Below, piece by piece: positions 49,820 to 51,746 of a DNA stretch of 51,746 nucleotides; position 1 is the stretch's first letter; every line of letters starts with the position of its first letter. The position numbers and the translations under genes were made by a program. Source of the stretch: Chara braunii (Eukaryota; Plantae; Charophyceae). The stretch spans positions 7,090,035-7,141,780 of the forward strand of contig BFEA01000005.1 of NCBI GenBank assembly GCA_003427395.1. The letters are read 5' to 3'. The notes beneath the pieces were generated by a model that had not been told where the DNA came from, did no database searches, and saw nothing but the letters and a program-made list of their open reading frames with translations.

Positions 49820-51670
49820 AGCACCTAGCCCCGTCCTACACCCTGACTCATCGAGCAGCTTAGGCATGGGCCTGGACCGAACACCCAGGGTGCGGCCCAG
49901 TCTGGGCCTATTCACAGCCTGACCTTTTAAAGGGCAAAAAAAAATGTTCCAAGGCTGCAAATGGGCCTGGTGAGCTGGTTGCCCTTGGGCGTGGACCCAA
50001 GATTCAGGCTCAGGCAGGGACTGTCCTCTACATGCTACGTGCCTGGTCCTGTGTGCCCACCCTTCCCTGGACCTGTCTCCCTCGCCTGCTCCCATCCTCT
50101 GTCCCCGACCTGACCCTCAGGTTGTGTCCAAACCTACGCCGAGCCTGTGTTCCCGACCTGCCTTGTGTCCCGGACCCAATCTCCCTGACCTGGGCCTGCT
50201 TGCCTCCCTGCCAAGCCCCATGATCAGGCTCATGACCAGGCCGAGACAAACACATGTATGTCTGCCTATCTGTGTGCTCGTCTGCCTATGTGCCTGTCTG
50301 CCTGTTTGTGTGCTTGTTTGCCTGCCTGAACACTTGTCTGTCTATTTTCCTTAGTCAGTTTGTCTGCCTGTTTGTTCAACCTTGCAGACGTGCAGACAGG
50401 CAGACATGCAGACAGACAAATAGACATGCAGACAAATATACAGGCAAACTGACAAACAAATAGTTTGTCTGTCTGTTTGTCTGTCTGCCTCTGCGTCTGC
50501 CTGTCTGCCTGTCTGTCTTCCTGTCTGCCTGTCTGCATGTCTGTTTCCCTGCCTGCCTGTACATATGTCTGTGTGCCTCTCTGCCTGTCTGCCTGCCTGT
50601 CTGTCTGGACAACGGCAGCGGCTTAGGCCTAGACCAAACACCCAGGATTCAAGGTCAGTCAGGGCCTACGTACGGGTCCAGGACTGGGCCTGGACCAAAC
50701 ACCCAGGGTGCAGGCCCAATCTGCGCCTATGCACGACCTGGGCTTTGAAATGGGAAAAAAATGAAAATGCAAACAGGCAGACAATCTAACAGACAGTTTG
50801 ACTGACTGACAAACAAACGGTTTGTTTGTCTGTTCGTCTCTGTGTCTGCCCGTCTGTCTGTTAGCCTCTCTGTCTGACTGTCAACATCTGTGGTACAGGC
50901 CCGGGCCCAAACCCAAATCAACGGCAACCTCGCCAGACCCAAGTCAACGACGGTACAAGCCCGGGCCCAGACCCAGGTCAATGGCGGTACAGGCTGAGAC
51001 CATGGCCACGTTAACATCTGCCACTGGACGCAGGCCTATACTTGGGGCCCTGGAAAAAGAAAAAAAAAACATTACAGGTTCAGTACAGGAGCCGGTCAAC
51101 GTCAAGATAATAACCAGAAAATATTTGATGTTGACCTGACCCTATAATGATGGTAAACTGACATTTTCCTGACGCTATAGTAACCCTGACCTGACGCTAT
51201 ACTAATGTATGGCGCCAGATCAACGACACTATAGCGCCAGGGAAACGTTAGTATGGCGTCAGTATAGGGTCTTGTTAACGTCAAAAATAAACAAATGGAC
51301 GGGGAGATAGACTGACAGACAAAAAGTTTGCCTGTTTGTCTGTGTGTCCGTTTATCCATCTTTTTGTCTGCCTGTCTGCCTGCCTGCCTGCATGTGTCTC
51401 TGTCTGCCTATCTGCTTGTCTCCCTTTTTTTTTTTTTTTTTTTTTCTTTTTTAACACCTTGGGTCAGGTCCTGGCTCAGGCCCATGTAAATGCGAGAAAA
51501 AGCCTAAGTCCACACTCACGTCAACATTGGTACCGACCTGGGCCCATGATCAGGTCAACTTTCGTACAGCCCGAGACCAAGGCCAAGTCAACATTTGCTA
51601 CTGTATATAATGTTGACCAAGCCGAGGATAGAGCATCCGAAAGTGGAACTCGTGCATGCTACTGCTTCAT
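49820..51670. repeat. Composite repeat element: GC-rich direct repeats plus degenerate (CTGT/CTGC)n blocks in alternating polarity
   Basis: ggcctggacc.aacacccagggtgc.gccca.tctg.gcctat at ~49869 and ~50687, partial at ~50626; cagac/gtctg blocks at 50250-50610, 50770-50885 and 51290-51420. Confidence 0.7.
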
Positions 51671-51673
51671 AGC

Positions 51674-51704
<31 letters not shown>

Positions 51705-51746
51705 AGAGACAGCAATGATACAACGTCAATTAAAAAAAAAAAAAAA

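Overview
Repeat-dense eukaryotic genomic DNA with assembly gaps; no intact host gene is recognisable. The style (long microsatellites, L1-clade LINEs, Helitron, GC-rich hAT MITEs) suggests a large-genome green-lineage organism such as Chara, but that is inference only. Recognisable content: (i) a 5'-truncated minus-strand L1-type LINE (7.4-10.05 kb; ORF2 C-terminus with zf-RVT); (ii) a decayed near-full-length plus-strand L1 (25.2-39.4 kb; ORF1 zinc knuckle, APE endonuclease, RT start, zf-RVT) whose RT core is replaced by a 5.7 kb insertion; (iii) a truncated Helitron Rep pseudogene with co-oriented decayed genes (41.8-49.4 kb); (iv) three related hAT-type MITEs with short TIRs and 8-bp TSDs. 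The most notable signal is a conserved structured 3' RNA module (candidate tandem pseudoknots plus a long covarying hairpin, then poly(A)) present in seven copies. It ends both L1s and a TSD-flanked retrocopy. Three other copies abut unknown decayed ORFs that read antisense to the tail, and one of these ORFs runs into a hammerhead-ribozyme-like core. This points to a possible L1-mobilised family carrying antisense cargo genes.
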